Assembly: GCA_030141605.1 (NCBI GenBank)
Contig: JAQGDQ010000047.1
Span: 827,068 to 891,067, forward strand
Source of the DNA: Tubiluchus corallicola
Taxonomy: Eukaryota; Animalia; Priapulida
Direction of reading: 5' to 3'
DNA length: 64,000 bases
The translations under genes and the position numbers were made by a program. How positions within the stretch are numbered: the first letter of the stretch is position 1; every line of letters begins with the position of its first letter. The notes below the pieces were generated by a model. That model was not told the origin of the DNA, ran no database searches, and saw only the letters and a list, made by a program, of their open reading frames with translations. Of this stretch, positions 12,402-64,000 are shown in pieces.

Positions 12402-15400
12402 GTAAGAAAAAAGTATTAGCAGTACACATAAATGTTATCACTGCACATCTCTCGGTCATTTTTAAAGCCTTCCATGCTGTTGTGACGGGGCATAATGTCT
12501 TATATTGAGTAGCAAAGTAATGATACTTGAACTTGAACTTGTGTATAATTGATTTCAGGCTTCAATTAATAATTCACTCAAGCTCGAAACATGATTTGTC
12601 ATCTTCGCAAAGTCTTACAATCGAAACCGCGATGGCAGAAAGCCAGAAAAACCTCACGTTCTTCGTCGAACACAGTTTTTTTACAATATTATTAGAACAG
12701 TGTTTTCATAATTTAACGGTTTAGTTACTGTACAACAATTTTAAAAAAATAATAAAAATTAAATGCAATTGAAATCTCCGTATTAGTCCCAAATACTGAA
12801 TGACTTGCTTAGCAATTGCCTGGGTTTTTATTGCAAGAGGGAAAAGTTACAGATAAAAACGCTAAATAAATTTATATGACCTGGCTATATTGCAAAGACC
12901 ATAAAAATTGAATAATACACTTGTTAGGGGGTAAGAGAAAAAAGGTCATGTCAATCAGATACTAAAAATCGTTGAGGAAACTAAAGGCAATGAAAAAATT
13001 ACTGAGATAAAATTATTAGAAAGTTTGTAACTATCAAATAACCTGCTATAATATAGCAGATCTATTCACAAGAAAAGTGATACATTCATTCAAGTAACTG
13101 GAATTCCGGCAGAATAAGAAGCTACAACTAAGGGAAACAAGTTAAGTGCACTTAGTTGCAGCAGTGGGCTATATGACGCTTTGACAAGTATACATTTGTA
13201 ATGCAATGCACAATTGCGAATTGCAATCATCTTTCAACTTTTCCCCTAATATTGTTGACACACGTCTAGGCCGTTTTTCTCATGTCCGTAAATCCTATAC
13301 ATTGTACCAGCATGAAAACGTGCTATTTTCATCCGGGCTTACGGAACGTGTATACTTATAATTTCTATATGCGTGCTTCTATTCCATCAAACTAATCCAT
13401 TCTCTACCATTACATGACCTCATTTGACAGGGGAGAATTAATTAACGCTATAGATGTTCCAGTCCACTTCATCGCGTCATTACAATTGATTTTAAACCGC
13501 GTAGTAGGCCGTTCGACTTTCGCGCAAAAATTACTGTCAGTAATTAATCAGTTGGAGACAGCGTCGAGATACTAAATCTTGAAAAATGTCCATTTCGGTA
13601 AACTTATTCATTGGAGCTACATACTGCTGATATTCTTATTCGCCAGTCATTAAATGATTCGCTTATATGGGGAACAGTTTATAATGCGCCATCTTAGATG
13701 TCACCACATAATGAACAAAATATACTGATAGTAGCTTCATAATTAATTTACAAGTTCGTACCATATACTAAAATTGTGTTGAACTAATTCAAGCTGATGT
13801 GGCTTTAAAACATAACCCTGATACAATTTTAATTCTAAGAAACGAGGAAAAATTCCTACATTTCAAACTACTGCTGTACTTTTTTATGTTTTTATTAGCT
13901 GAGCTTTGTATTTTTTCTACGTGATTGTTTTCTTTTTTAAAGGTAAAAACTCCATATGTTAGCAGTAAAAATAACTTACCCAAAAATTAGTATATTTGTA
14001 ATTTCATGTGATCCTTTTCCCTTTTTCTTTCTTATGCTTTCACCTGAAGTTTACCACAACGATAGTTTGAAACGCCATTTTTCTTCGTTTCTTAATTGCG
14101 GGATTTTTTTCATTTTTAAAGGTTTTTTTGGCTTGAGAGGTATACTGATGTTATCTATGTTAGCAACTTCTCTAGCGAAGTTTTTCCTGTCTGTGTCGAA
14201 TCTTTTGAGTACTTTTTTGGTTAATGCTGCGGCAGATTACGCTTACAGAAATTACTTATAATCGGATTGATATGATTTATTCGGTTAATGCACAGAAACT
14301 GCAACAAGCTAGAATTTTTCGATAGTGTCCTTTCCCATATCTGGCTTAGACGCACTTTTGGTTAGGCTTAAAGAAAGCTTGTCAACGATGAACTCAAGCA
14401 ATCAATTTTAATTAATAAACTTTGTACTGCGTGTTTGCCAGGTTTAATAAGAGTATTCGGTAAAGTTATAGTTTTGATTATGTGTCTAGCACAAGCGTCT
14501 GTATTTTGGCTCATACAAGATCATTCAGATTATGATTTGGTAATGTGAATAGCAATAGTCGACTTTTACTAAGTCGCACTGCTTGCCATATTCTGTGGAG
14601 CGGATACGCTTGATTATGAGTTCGCGATGTTCGCGTGACAGCGTCGAACCTGGTTGCTAATTGGATGCAAGCAACAGGGAAAACGGCTAGTAAGTTCTGC
14701 TATTATGCCTCCAACTATTTCTGTTTTTAAGGGAGGAATTCCCCTCTCCCAGTTCAAAGTTTCATCTTACAGGATCATCTTTGGCAATTCCACTAGCAGA
14801 CTGTGCTGTCGAGTGCCGGAGTATTGTTTTGTACTTGTACTCTTTAACTAACAAAAAAGATTTCTAGCCGTAATAATTGTGTGTTTATCTCATTGACGTG
14901 CATCATTGGCGTTTTGCACTGGTGTCCCATAACAGTATTATGCCGAAGACACGTTCGTCTGCTGGCTGAAAATGTTGGAAACCCCAAAAAACACGTTTTT
15001 GGAGTGAAGAAGAGTAATCAAGTAGTTATTTGTAATGCATACACAAATAATCAATATAAACCTAGATATAAATCTAAATATCTAGATAAATTTGCTTATT
15101 TGTGCAATATTAAAAAAGTGCAAAATTTTTATAAGTGATAAGAAGTCAATTTTTGCTGAAACCCGTCGACCTTTGATTGAGTGATTGAACTTAATTACTT
15201 GAAAATGTAAGACGAAAATCAAAAACGAAGCAATGGCGAAGAGAACAAACCATGAAAGTAATTAACGAAATTAGTTGAACGAGTTTATCTTGCATTATAG
15301 GCGTGTTGGGGATAATAAATGCATCCATGACTTCTCTTAGCAGCTTAGCTCAAAAGTTAACTGTTAAGATCGACTATAGTACTAATGTTAATTAGGCGAC

Positions 15401-16308
15401 TATAAAATTTAGAATCAATAGTCGAGTATAGGTATAATTAATTGGGTGAGCCGTCTTATGCTATGCTACAATAAAAGCCATTCAATATTTACGAAAGTTG
15501 AGACTACTCAAAAATAGTCTTTTGTTGATTTATAAGCTCAATGGCTGAATGAGATTACATAATATTGGTGCAGGGTGCAATTAGCCTAGTTCACGAAACA
15601 ACGCGAACTAATTAATAATATTGATGGTTTAATATACATTAATGTTACAGCGCGTAAGATGCATTATGTTAATACCATGCATATATTTAATAATTCATGA
15701 TGTGCGTATCCATATGTTATCTTTAATGTCATCGCCATTGGACAGAGACATTAACGCTGCTCTCATAGATAATATTTCAATAAGAAACTCTTATGGATTA
15801 AGCCATTTTATTACGGGCAAATAACTTTTACCTGGTGTCAATTATTTCAGGCTAAGGGTAGCTGTGGCAGCGCTCTAACATGCCAGCTTTTTAAGATTTC
15901 TATCCTTGTAATTATAATGCGGCAAATTTTAGAAACTTTTCTTCTACTTTTCGTCAATAAATACTTTAAAAGTGAACATGGTATACACGCAAGTTTTTTT
16001 ATTGTATGTATCCGTGCCGGTGGCCTTTTTGTAGCACATGTGATATTGCTTTACTGACGGTGCGGTCGTTACGGTTTGCATTTTATTATCGTAGATGTAG
16101 ATCTTATAAACTAACTTCAAACAGAGGAACGCTGAAATTAAACAGGCCACAAGATTGCCATTTCTGCTCCTGCTCCTGAAGACCCTGTATCTAAATTTAT
16201 CCTAATGACATATCTTCTGGCTTAGCGTTTGTTTTCGAAATTCTAAATGTACTAAATATTAACACCAGTAACTATAGCTATAAAAAAATAAATGTTTCGT
16301 GTAGCTTG

Positions 16309-16559
16309 CATCATGGTCATCATATTCATCGTCATCATCATTACGATCACCGCCAGCAGCAATATAAATATCATCACTATCGTCACCATCACCAGCACCA
16401 GCACCACCAATACCACCACCACCATCACCTGCACCACCGCCAACACACCAACACCAACACCACTACCACTACCACCACCAACACAAGCTTCAGCACCACC
16501 ACTACCACCACCACCACCACCAACATCAGTATCATCATCGACGTCGTCATCATCATCAC
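16309..16559. repeat. Compound (CAT)n/(CAC/ACC)n trinucleotide repeat
   Basis: Seen directly; it explains the poly-His/Thr/Pro ORFs. Confidence 0.95.
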
Positions 16560-16617
16560 TATTCGGGCAGCAAGAAGCGTGCACAACCAATTAAACAAAT
16601 ATTTTTTTTGCTTCCAG

Positions 16618-56262
<39,645 letters not shown>

Positions 56263-58133
56263 TTAATTAGCATAATTAAACTACCTTGTATTCTCATTAC
56301 TGTAATTATAATAGCATTAGTTTTATTTATATAGGTTATTTATGTATGTAAATTATTTCAGTGCCTCATTCTGAAAGAAAAAGAAAAGGATGATCCTGCC
56401 TATAGAATATACAATGAACCAGAATAAAGAACAGAATTAAAGATGCATTATAACTGACACATTTTGATGTTTGATGTCTATATTTTAAATAGTTGTATAT
56501 ACAGAGTTGAATACCTGATTATGTACAAACTGTATGTTAACCTCTTGTAATTTATAGTTTATCTAATTATTATTATATACACATATGTAAATGGCGAAAC
56601 AAGCAAAACACAGATTCCTGCCCTACAGTAAACATTTAAACTGGACATAAATATTTGACATAACAGCAGAAAAATGGGACATAAGCCTGTTATCAATTGA
56701 GCTGTTACTGTTGTTATAACACTGCTCACATGACTTTAACATAGACTCTTCTAATTAATAGCTGCAGTAGATGAACTAAATATCCGAGTGCTTTGCTTTG
56801 TTTTTCTTAAAGAGTTTTAATGACAAACACTCGTCACAAAATTCTTCTCATTGGAAATTCACTACAATTTTTTTGTAGGAAGTTTTCCCAACATTACTAG
56901 CTAAATATCTTTGTAGTAATCTTTTCCATGGTTTTAGGCAACTAAAAAAAAGTAATGACGCAAACTAAAAAGGGAGTCGGACTCACTACCACACTTTTTG
57001 AGTAGAGTTGTATCAATTACGGATATAATTTTTATCACCCAAACACATATAATTAAATATAAGATTGCTGTAGTAGTTCTGAACTTGTTTAAGCATGAGG
57101 GACTTGCATGCCAACAATTTAGGCTTCAAATCCTTTTCGAAATTTTCAGCAAGGTATATATAATATTCTGATGTGGTTGATCAGAATTTGAGGAAAATAG
57201 ACTTTACTGGCGTTTTTCCCAGAGAATATGTCAGGCCTCGGCATCAGATGTGATATTCGTGAAAGACAGAAATTAATTTAACAGTTGCATTTCAATGTAA
57301 CAGAAGCTATGCTAAGATAATAACTTGCATATATAAAAAGGAATCTACATGTTTTTTGACAATGGTAAAATATATCTTGGTAAGGTATTTAAACCTGTGG
57401 CACAACATGCTAAAAGCATTATTCGATTAATAAAACTAAAGCATTTTTGGTGTTCATTAAAATTGTGTTGTACTACGTAAGTTGAAGTAAATCCTGTAAA
57501 CTAATCACCCTTAAAGATACCAAAATATAGAGATATTCACAAAAATAGGGCCAAAAAACTAAAGCTTTAAAACTGATTGGTTATATGCAAACTGTACTAA
57601 GCTTCTAATTTCGCCTTTACTCTTTACCTGATAATTTGCTTTGAATTATGAAGTTATGCATTTAGATGCTCAAATTGACAAGTCAAAAAAGTTTATAAAG
57701 GTGTAAATAGTTTTTAAACACAACCACTTTTGTTATTAAAGGTTTAAATATTTAGAGTTATCTTTCTCTGCTTGTAAATAACTTTACAGTTTATAAAGCT
57801 AATAAATTACAGCTAATAAAAAGTTAGCTATTAATGCTTGTAGATGAAGAATGATTTTTGCCTTAACATTTTGCTAAGTATTTATGCAATACTTGAAATA
57901 TTTTAATACTGTTGTTACTTGCTAGTTTGCCACACAAACGTCATTAATTTACATTACAAGTTTTGTCTTTTTTGTGTCAAGTAAGGCCACATGATAACAA
58001 TTAATAACTTGATAATTATTCTTTAAAGTACTGTTGCACAACACATTGTTATACATTATTATGCTCAGTACTGATTAAAATTGTTTAGGTTTTACATTTC
58101 GCACAACTGTCCAGCTATGTGCTGACAATAATT

Positions 58134-58146
58134 AATAAATAATAAA
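58134..58146 (+). terminator. Tandem AATAAA poly(A) signals, candidate distal 3' end of the RTK
   Basis: AATAAA at 58134 and 58141, with GT-rich gtttgtgtgtgg at 58201. Confidence 0.5.
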
Positions 58147-58169
58147 AAGGACATTTAGTCTTTGCAGGC

Positions 58170-58175
58170 TTTATT
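58170..58175 (-). terminator. AATAAA poly(A) signal of CPSF3
   Basis: tttatt on the + strand, about 160 nt past the CPSF3 stop; the first canonical hexamer I found downstream. Confidence 0.55.
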
Positions 58176-58332
58176 TTCCTTTTAAATATTTACAGAAATA
58201 GTTTGTGTGTGGACAACATTATTTGTTTACATTATTTACATGCTTTACAAATAAATTACAGCAGTCTCAGCAAAAGCTTTACCCTAAAATCATGATGGCA
58301 AACTTTGCTCGCTAACAGGAAATGATGATGTC

Positions 58333-58425
58333 TCATAACTTCATGGGCGCAATGGCTTGATGTAATTTCGTTACTGCTGTTGAAACCATTTGCTGTAGGC
58401 TCTCATCATCTTCACATTTAACTTC
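58333..58425 (-). CDS. CPSF3: CPSF3 last coding exon
   Basis: [30 protein letters not shown] then stop. Confidence 0.93.
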   Translation of the reverse strand, partial: EVKCEDDESLQQMVSTAVTKLHQAIAPMKL

Positions 58426-61400
58426 CTGTAAAATTATGAAGAAATGCACTAAATTGTTTTCATTAATCCATCGGTTGCTCTGTTGGCAAGATTAAAGTGA
58501 AACAGGAAAAGGGCAACAGTAATCAAAAACAGTTTGAAACAATGAAAATAATTTTAATGGTATACATTCCTTGGTGTTGTATTTGTCTGGTATATAACTG
58601 ATTATCATGGTCTCCATTCTAGTTTATAAGGCATTTGCATGAGCAATAAAGATTTTGCTGCTCACATGCCAAGCGTAAAACATGGGATGAACTTTACTCT
58701 AGTGTTCACAGTACCAAGTTTGGCAAACATAGGCTTAGTCATCTTGGAAATATAATATTTGAAAGGCCTGAACAATGGATAAACAGATGCTGTCAAGCTC
58801 ACTGATGCAGCAGGACTGGAAACACACAAAAAAATTAACTGAAGATCTGTTTCATGCAAGAAGGAACTGAATGCATCACCAATAGTTTTGAAACACATTT
58901 CAGTTTGAAGAATAACTTGGGACTCCTAAACTGATGGTCAAAAATGGCTATCCATTATAGGCAGATTGCAAACACAGTGTAAACACACTGTCAAATATTT
59001 TAATCTAAAAATAATACCAAGAAATACTTAAAACTGCATTTCCTTTCTTACCAAAGTATCCACGTCTATTACAGCAGTTTTTCCATCCACGACAATTGAC
59101 ATTAAATCACCTTTAAAGACTTTATTTAAACACGAAGTGCCAAACATGTCAGCCAGTAACTCCATCAAGCATTCCTTGAAGTGCATCTTATCAACTTTTA
59201 GTGGTGCAGTTAACAAGTCTGAAATATTAAAGGTATAAAAATGTATTTCCACTTAGACTCAAGTTAACTGAGTAACCGGAAACTAACAAAGCAAAAGTTG
59301 CTGATATTTGCATACGTGAGCCTTAGGCTAAACTGCAAGGCAAAAAAATGAAATTGTAAATGTTCCTTTTAAAATCCAAAAGGAATGTGGCACAGCTTTC
59401 TAATTCAAATAATGAATTTATTTGCAAACAGTTTTTAAGCACGTGCTATCACATACTCATTTCATGGCATGCCTTCTACAGACAGAAAAATTATTTTCAA
59501 AGAACATATAAACATACTATAGCATCACCTTCAAATTTAAATAACTGGCTTACTATCAAAAACAACTTGCACCTGCTATCATATAGTCATTCTAAGGTAT
59601 GGCATCCCTTCTACAGATGTTTAAAATTGCCACTACAGATGGCATTGAAGGCTTACAGGTACAAACAATATCTACAGCTAAAACCATGCTAATATTCTAG
59701 CTATTTGACATCTACAGTCATTTTTAATGGCATTTTTTTACTCTAGGATGCAAACAAATACAAAAATAAGCATTATCAAAACACTTTGAAAATAAACGGC
59801 TTTGAAATAATGAGAGACAGCATCAACAAACTTGCCAATTTATGTTTCGCAACAACAGAGCACAGAATGAAGTCAGATCATTCATTTTTAATGAGAATTC
59901 TTTTACTCTTGGACGTAAATAAATACAAAAATAAGCACTATCGAAAGATTTTGAAAATAAACAGTTTTGAAATATCAAAAAACAACATCAGGCAAACTTG
60001 ATAATTTATGTTTGGCAGCAGAGCATGGAATGAAGTCTGGTCATTAAAAATAATACTTTTACTTTGAATTTCTTGGGTTAGTATTAATAAAAGGGTATAG
60101 CTTGAGCACTGATTATGAAAAAAGAATTTGAGAAAACCAGATTTGAAATCAGAACTATTAAAGTTGTAATTGTAGTGAAAGACATCACCAACAGTTAGAG
60201 ATGCGACCCAATACTTATTTTATTATTATTCAAGTGCTTTCAGTGAGTGACACCATCATCGGGGAACAGAAACAGCCAATTACCATTCAAGAAGTTAAAA
60301 TAAGATAAAACTAAAATAATAATTTGATGAATTACAGGGTGAAATAATTCTGATGTGACAGTAACCAAATTGCAGATTATCCAGTAGAGCAGGATGTAAA
60401 AACGAACTCAAACTTTGTAAAAGAATACTAAGAATTATGAAGGATCATTCAGCAACTACAATAAGAAAATTACAAAGATTAAGCTTGAGCTTATACAATG
60501 GAAAGTAGCAGGACAGTAAAAAGCTAAAAATTAGTCATAATTTTACACAGACACAAACAACCTTGTAAAGGCTGGTGTCTTTTTAAGCTTAGAAAGGCTT
60601 TGACTGTTTCTGGTGTTCACGATCGGATGTGTGCATCGTGTGAGGTTTACAAGCATTCATGTCTAGATTGTAACATAGGCCAGATGTGTCCCCACCTCTG
60701 TTCATGTATCCAAACATAATAGATTGGTATTATGCAGACATCATGAAGAACATGGTGGTAGTATCGAGGATATTTTCTCCCATCTTTTGCTATCGTTGAC
60801 AGGGGAAGAAACTGCCTATGATAGTGTCATACTGGAGGCCTTGCATATTAAATCCTGTAGAGCTGTATTCAACACTATGCTTGTAGCACGACTCTCAGCA
60901 TAACTATGTACTGAAAATACCTAGCTAATAGTACTGTATCTATGACAGTACTAATATCTATTGTGAGTCTGCTAGGTGTGTGGACCTAAAGTACTCGAGT
61001 CAAATTTGAATATTTTAGTATGTTCTCTCTAATGTGGTATCATCTGCTGTTTGTGTCCGTGCAACTTAATGATAAATTTTTAACTTTTTGCTGTCCTCCG
61101 ACCTTCCATTATGTAAGCTTAAGTTTAGTCTCTGTAATTTCCTTATTATATTGCTGAATGATCCTTGATAATTATGACTACTCTGTTACAAATTTGAGTT
61201 CATTGTTAAACCCTGTTCTACTGGATAATCTGCAATTTGGTTACTGTCACATCAGAGTTATTTCTCACTGTAATTCATCAGATTTTTATATCAGTTCTAT
61301 CTTATTTCAAATTCTTGAATTGTAGTTAGCTGTTTCTGTTCCTTAATAATGGCGTCACTCCCCGAAAGCACTTGGATGATAATAAAATAATTATTAGTTG

Positions 61401-63890
61401 CACCTCTAACTGTTAGTTGTTGTGTCTTTCACTACTATTATTACATTGAAATGGGCTCCATATCTTCAGTCTGTTAAAGTAAGTATTACATTTTAAAGAT
61501 CAACTCTTCTTATGAATTAAGTATGTTTTAAACTTTTACAGTTAGGCTTACATTTGACTGGTTCATCCTTGTTTCCTTCAGCATTGAGAATTACAGCCAC
61601 ACAAGCATCAGCGTACATATCATTGACAGGATTTGCTATCCACTGTAAAATATATATTAAGTACACTAAAAATTTAAAGGCAACACTTGTATGAATTTTA
61701 AAATTATCACACTAATATGTTTCACTATTATGTTAATATTACAAAACGCTTTTGGTCACCAACAGTCTGGTAATATACCTGAAAAATTCGTATTCAGATG
61801 CTTATGCATTTTTATATAGAGCAGAAAGTGACGTAAATTATCAAAAAAATAAAAAGGAATACAAGTTACAGCTTACTGGAAGCATTTATATAATACCTTG
61901 CATTTTAGCAACGTATAAAAGCAATAACATGGAAAAGGGGCAATTGGAGAAAATGGTTATAGAAAAATATAATTACAGTGCCACGAATGGCTAGTCATAC
62001 CTCCAAAACCACCATTTCCGGTTCATATGTAATAGTTACAGCTTTAAACACATTCAGAGCCGATTTTCCCTGATGATTCAAGGATTCCACATCACCCGAT
62101 AACTGACTAAGATTATGCTGTAGTAGCTGTATTGTACCAGTGTATGGTATGCTCATCTTTTGTGTAATTATACTTGTTGTCATGTTGGTGTAATCTGAAC
62201 AAAAGGAAGTTGTGAAGACATACTTTGTTGATAAAGTCAGATAACACTTTAGCATAGGCTGGGGGAAGGCATTTCCTTCTGCTTTATGATACAGTTTAAA
62301 CTACTCAATTAAGCATTTAATTACCCAATTAAAACATTTTTTTGAAAGCATTCATTTGTTACGCATGATTTGAATACTACCTAATATCAAACATGAAGAC
62401 ACAAAAATACTTACTAGATAAATCAGATGGGTCTACTACATGGTAATTAAAATTTTTCTTGATTAATATTCCAGACACTTTCTGTCCATCTTTTGGTTTC
62501 ATAGATGCCAAAGTTCCCATTACCTACAAATATTTATATTTTACCAAAAATGCAGTGACTGACAGAGAGAAAGACTGATAGAGTACAGGAAGCAGTTAAA
62601 ACAGTTTTCTGATTTATAACCTTACACCAGCTAAACAAATTTTAAATTCTTTGATATTTAAAAATATCTGTCTGTATAATAAATACACCATCTATAAAAT
62701 AAAAAGCATATTACTAATAGCAAAAGCTTTAACAAACTGAAAGAGTGTTAGTTGTTTTTGATAAAGTTTACCAAAGAGCCAAGATTAACATTAGTATGCA
62801 TTTCAGCAATATACAGAATGTAGCGTTTCACTGCACAATATAATATCGCTAATGAAGTTAGCAGCGGGAAGCAACTAGAATGTAATAAAACAGTTACCTT
62901 TGCCATTTTTTCACCACGAAAGTACAGATCTACAGCTTGTGTGTTTCTGGGATTATGTACAACAATGTTTGTCTCTGTGTCATCTTCATACTCGCGAACC
63001 AAGGCACCTTTCAATCGACTCATCTCATTTTGTTCACCGTGTACTAAAATCTAAAACAGTAATAATAAATTAAATTAGGCCAGATTATTGTAAAAGAAAC
63101 AACTTTTGTTAAGATCTTTAAAACAGAAAAACATTAAAAGCATTAGAAATATTTCGACTACACAATCTAGCAGTCACTTTAGCATGACAGAATTTAACAA
63201 CAACAAACAGTTTGCAAACTCTGTCACACCGAAGAGACTGCCAAATTATGCAGTTAAAACATTTGTAATGCTCTTAATGTTTTTACGTCTAAAGTTCTTG
63301 ATAAAATTTGTTTCTTTCACAATAGTGCAGAGTGTCGTATAAATTGCTTTAGAACAGATTAGGTTGCATGTCTACACACATGAGAACAACTAATCTCCTA
63401 TGCCTAAATCTACCAGTGTCATATTTTTTTACTTAATCATGATTGATTAAATTTAAAAGAAATTTAAATGCATTTAAAACTCTTGACCCCTTTATTTGTG
63501 GGAATTCTCATCAATAGAATCTTATCAATTTCTGTTTTACTAGCTATTACTCATCACCCATTTTATTTACTGACATCCCATCAAGAGCAATCCAAAATTT
63601 TCGATAATGAATTCTTTACATACAATAATTCTTGCTGGAAAAAGTAAAAGGTAACCTAACATAACTATGATGTTTTCTAATCACTGAAAAACAGAGCAAT
63701 AGAAATTGATACAATTAAAAAAACTAATGAAAAATAAGCCTACCACTTGAGGAGGATGGAGTTGTCGTACAAACTCACTTGTCTGCTGATAATCCGTGTG
63801 AGCAGAGAATGATATGTAATCAACGGAACACTTGAGTGGCAATTTGTTTCCAGTCATTGTAGGTATTTCTTCTGGTTCTGATAATATGTA
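58333..63890 (-). CDS. CPSF3: Cleavage and polyadenylation specificity factor subunit 3 (CPSF73), 3' part; gene continues beyond the window
   Basis: Seven GT-AG exons complement(63744-63890,62898-63050,62415-62523,62001-62194,61552-61642,59052-59218,58333-58425), phases consistent. Peptides [62 protein letters not shown] and [14 protein letters not shown] match known CPSF73. Confidence 0.97.
59052..59218 (-). CDS. CPSF3: CPSF3 exon
   Basis: [26 protein letters not shown]...[16 protein letters not shown]. Confidence 0.93.
59752..60068. repeat. Two-copy diverged tandem duplication of about 165 bp
   Basis: aaatacaaaaataagca...tttgaaaataaac...aatttatgttt...agagca...gaatgaagtc occurs at about 59756 and about 59921. 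Confidence 0.8.
60165..61445. mobile_element. Long inverted repeat (arms of about 395 bp) enclosing a decayed GIY-YIG endonuclease remnant (Penelope-like)
   Basis: 60165-60560 is the reverse complement of about 61048-61445 (ctgatgtgacagtaaccaaattgcagattatccagtaga / tctactggataatctgcaatttggttactgtcacatcag). The loop reads [13 protein letters not shown] and [16 protein letters not shown] on the + strand. Confidence 0.7.
61552..61642 (-). CDS. CPSF3: CPSF3 exon
   Basis: [30 protein letters not shown]. Confidence 0.95.
62001..62194 (-). CDS. CPSF3: CPSF3 exon
   Basis: [19 protein letters not shown]...[20 protein letters not shown]. Confidence 0.95.
62415..62523 (-). CDS. CPSF3: CPSF3 exon
   Basis: [36 protein letters not shown]. 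Confidence 0.95.
62898..63050 (-). CDS. CPSF3: CPSF3 exon (VHGE motif)
   Basis: [51 protein letters not shown]. Confidence 0.96.
63744..63890 (-). CDS. CPSF3: CPSF3 exon (SFSAH motif)
   Basis: [49 protein letters not shown]. Confidence 0.96.
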
Positions 63891-64000
63891 CTAAAATGCA
63901 AAACCAAACGTTTGCATGCTGAACAGTGAATTCATATCAAATTGTTCAAACAAGACAGCATATTCTTCATTACACACCAAACTACAAGTCTACTTTAGTT

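Noticed and set aside
13950-14450. Coding-like minus-strand stretch (SAAALTKKVLKRFDTDRKNFAREV...)
   Set aside because: Interrupted by stops, with no recognisable motif or splice pattern; cannot be assigned without a search.
61255-61290. Hammerhead ribozyme in the inverted-repeat arm (minus strand CTGATGA-attacagtga-GAAA)
   Set aside because: Stem II does not close, no convincing stem I or III was found, and the other arm has TTGATGA. It is worth rechecking only on a family consensus.
63400-63560. Intronic C/D snoRNA in CPSF3 (minus-strand GTGATGA at about 63551-63557)
   Set aside because: No box D (CTGA) or terminal stem at a suitable distance.

Overview
AT-rich invertebrate animal (metazoan) genomic DNA with spliceosomal introns; no prokaryotic features. 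Most of the window is one + strand receptor tyrosine kinase gene. I reconstructed 18 coding exons by hand (16618..56262; 2685 nt, 894 aa plus stop, all splice phases consistent). They encode a CxxGC Cys motif, three fibronectin type III (FN3)-like domains, a transmembrane helix, a split kinase with intact catalytic motifs and a YVNV tail. From memory the kinase most resembles the insect Tie-like/Torso/Ret group. Its first, signal-peptide exon is unresolved; the best candidate is 10816..10962. The reading frame closes only if two introns use GC donors, and a phase-neutral 30-nt Cys-rich microexon fits between FN3 domains 2 and 3. Tail-to-tail on the - strand are the last 7 exons of CPSF3 (CPSF73, 58333..63890), and the two genes have facing AATAAA signals 23 nt apart. 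Introns and the upstream region contain decayed LINEs, SINE-like, MITE and Helentron-like elements, many microsatellites, a 15 x 49-bp minisatellite and several long inverted repeats. One inverted repeat encloses a decayed Penelope-type GIY-YIG remnant, and one small TIR element carries a tRNA-like module. I see no clear evidence for a wholly new biological system. The best leads are the orphan RTK with its unusual splicing and the chimeric mobile elements.
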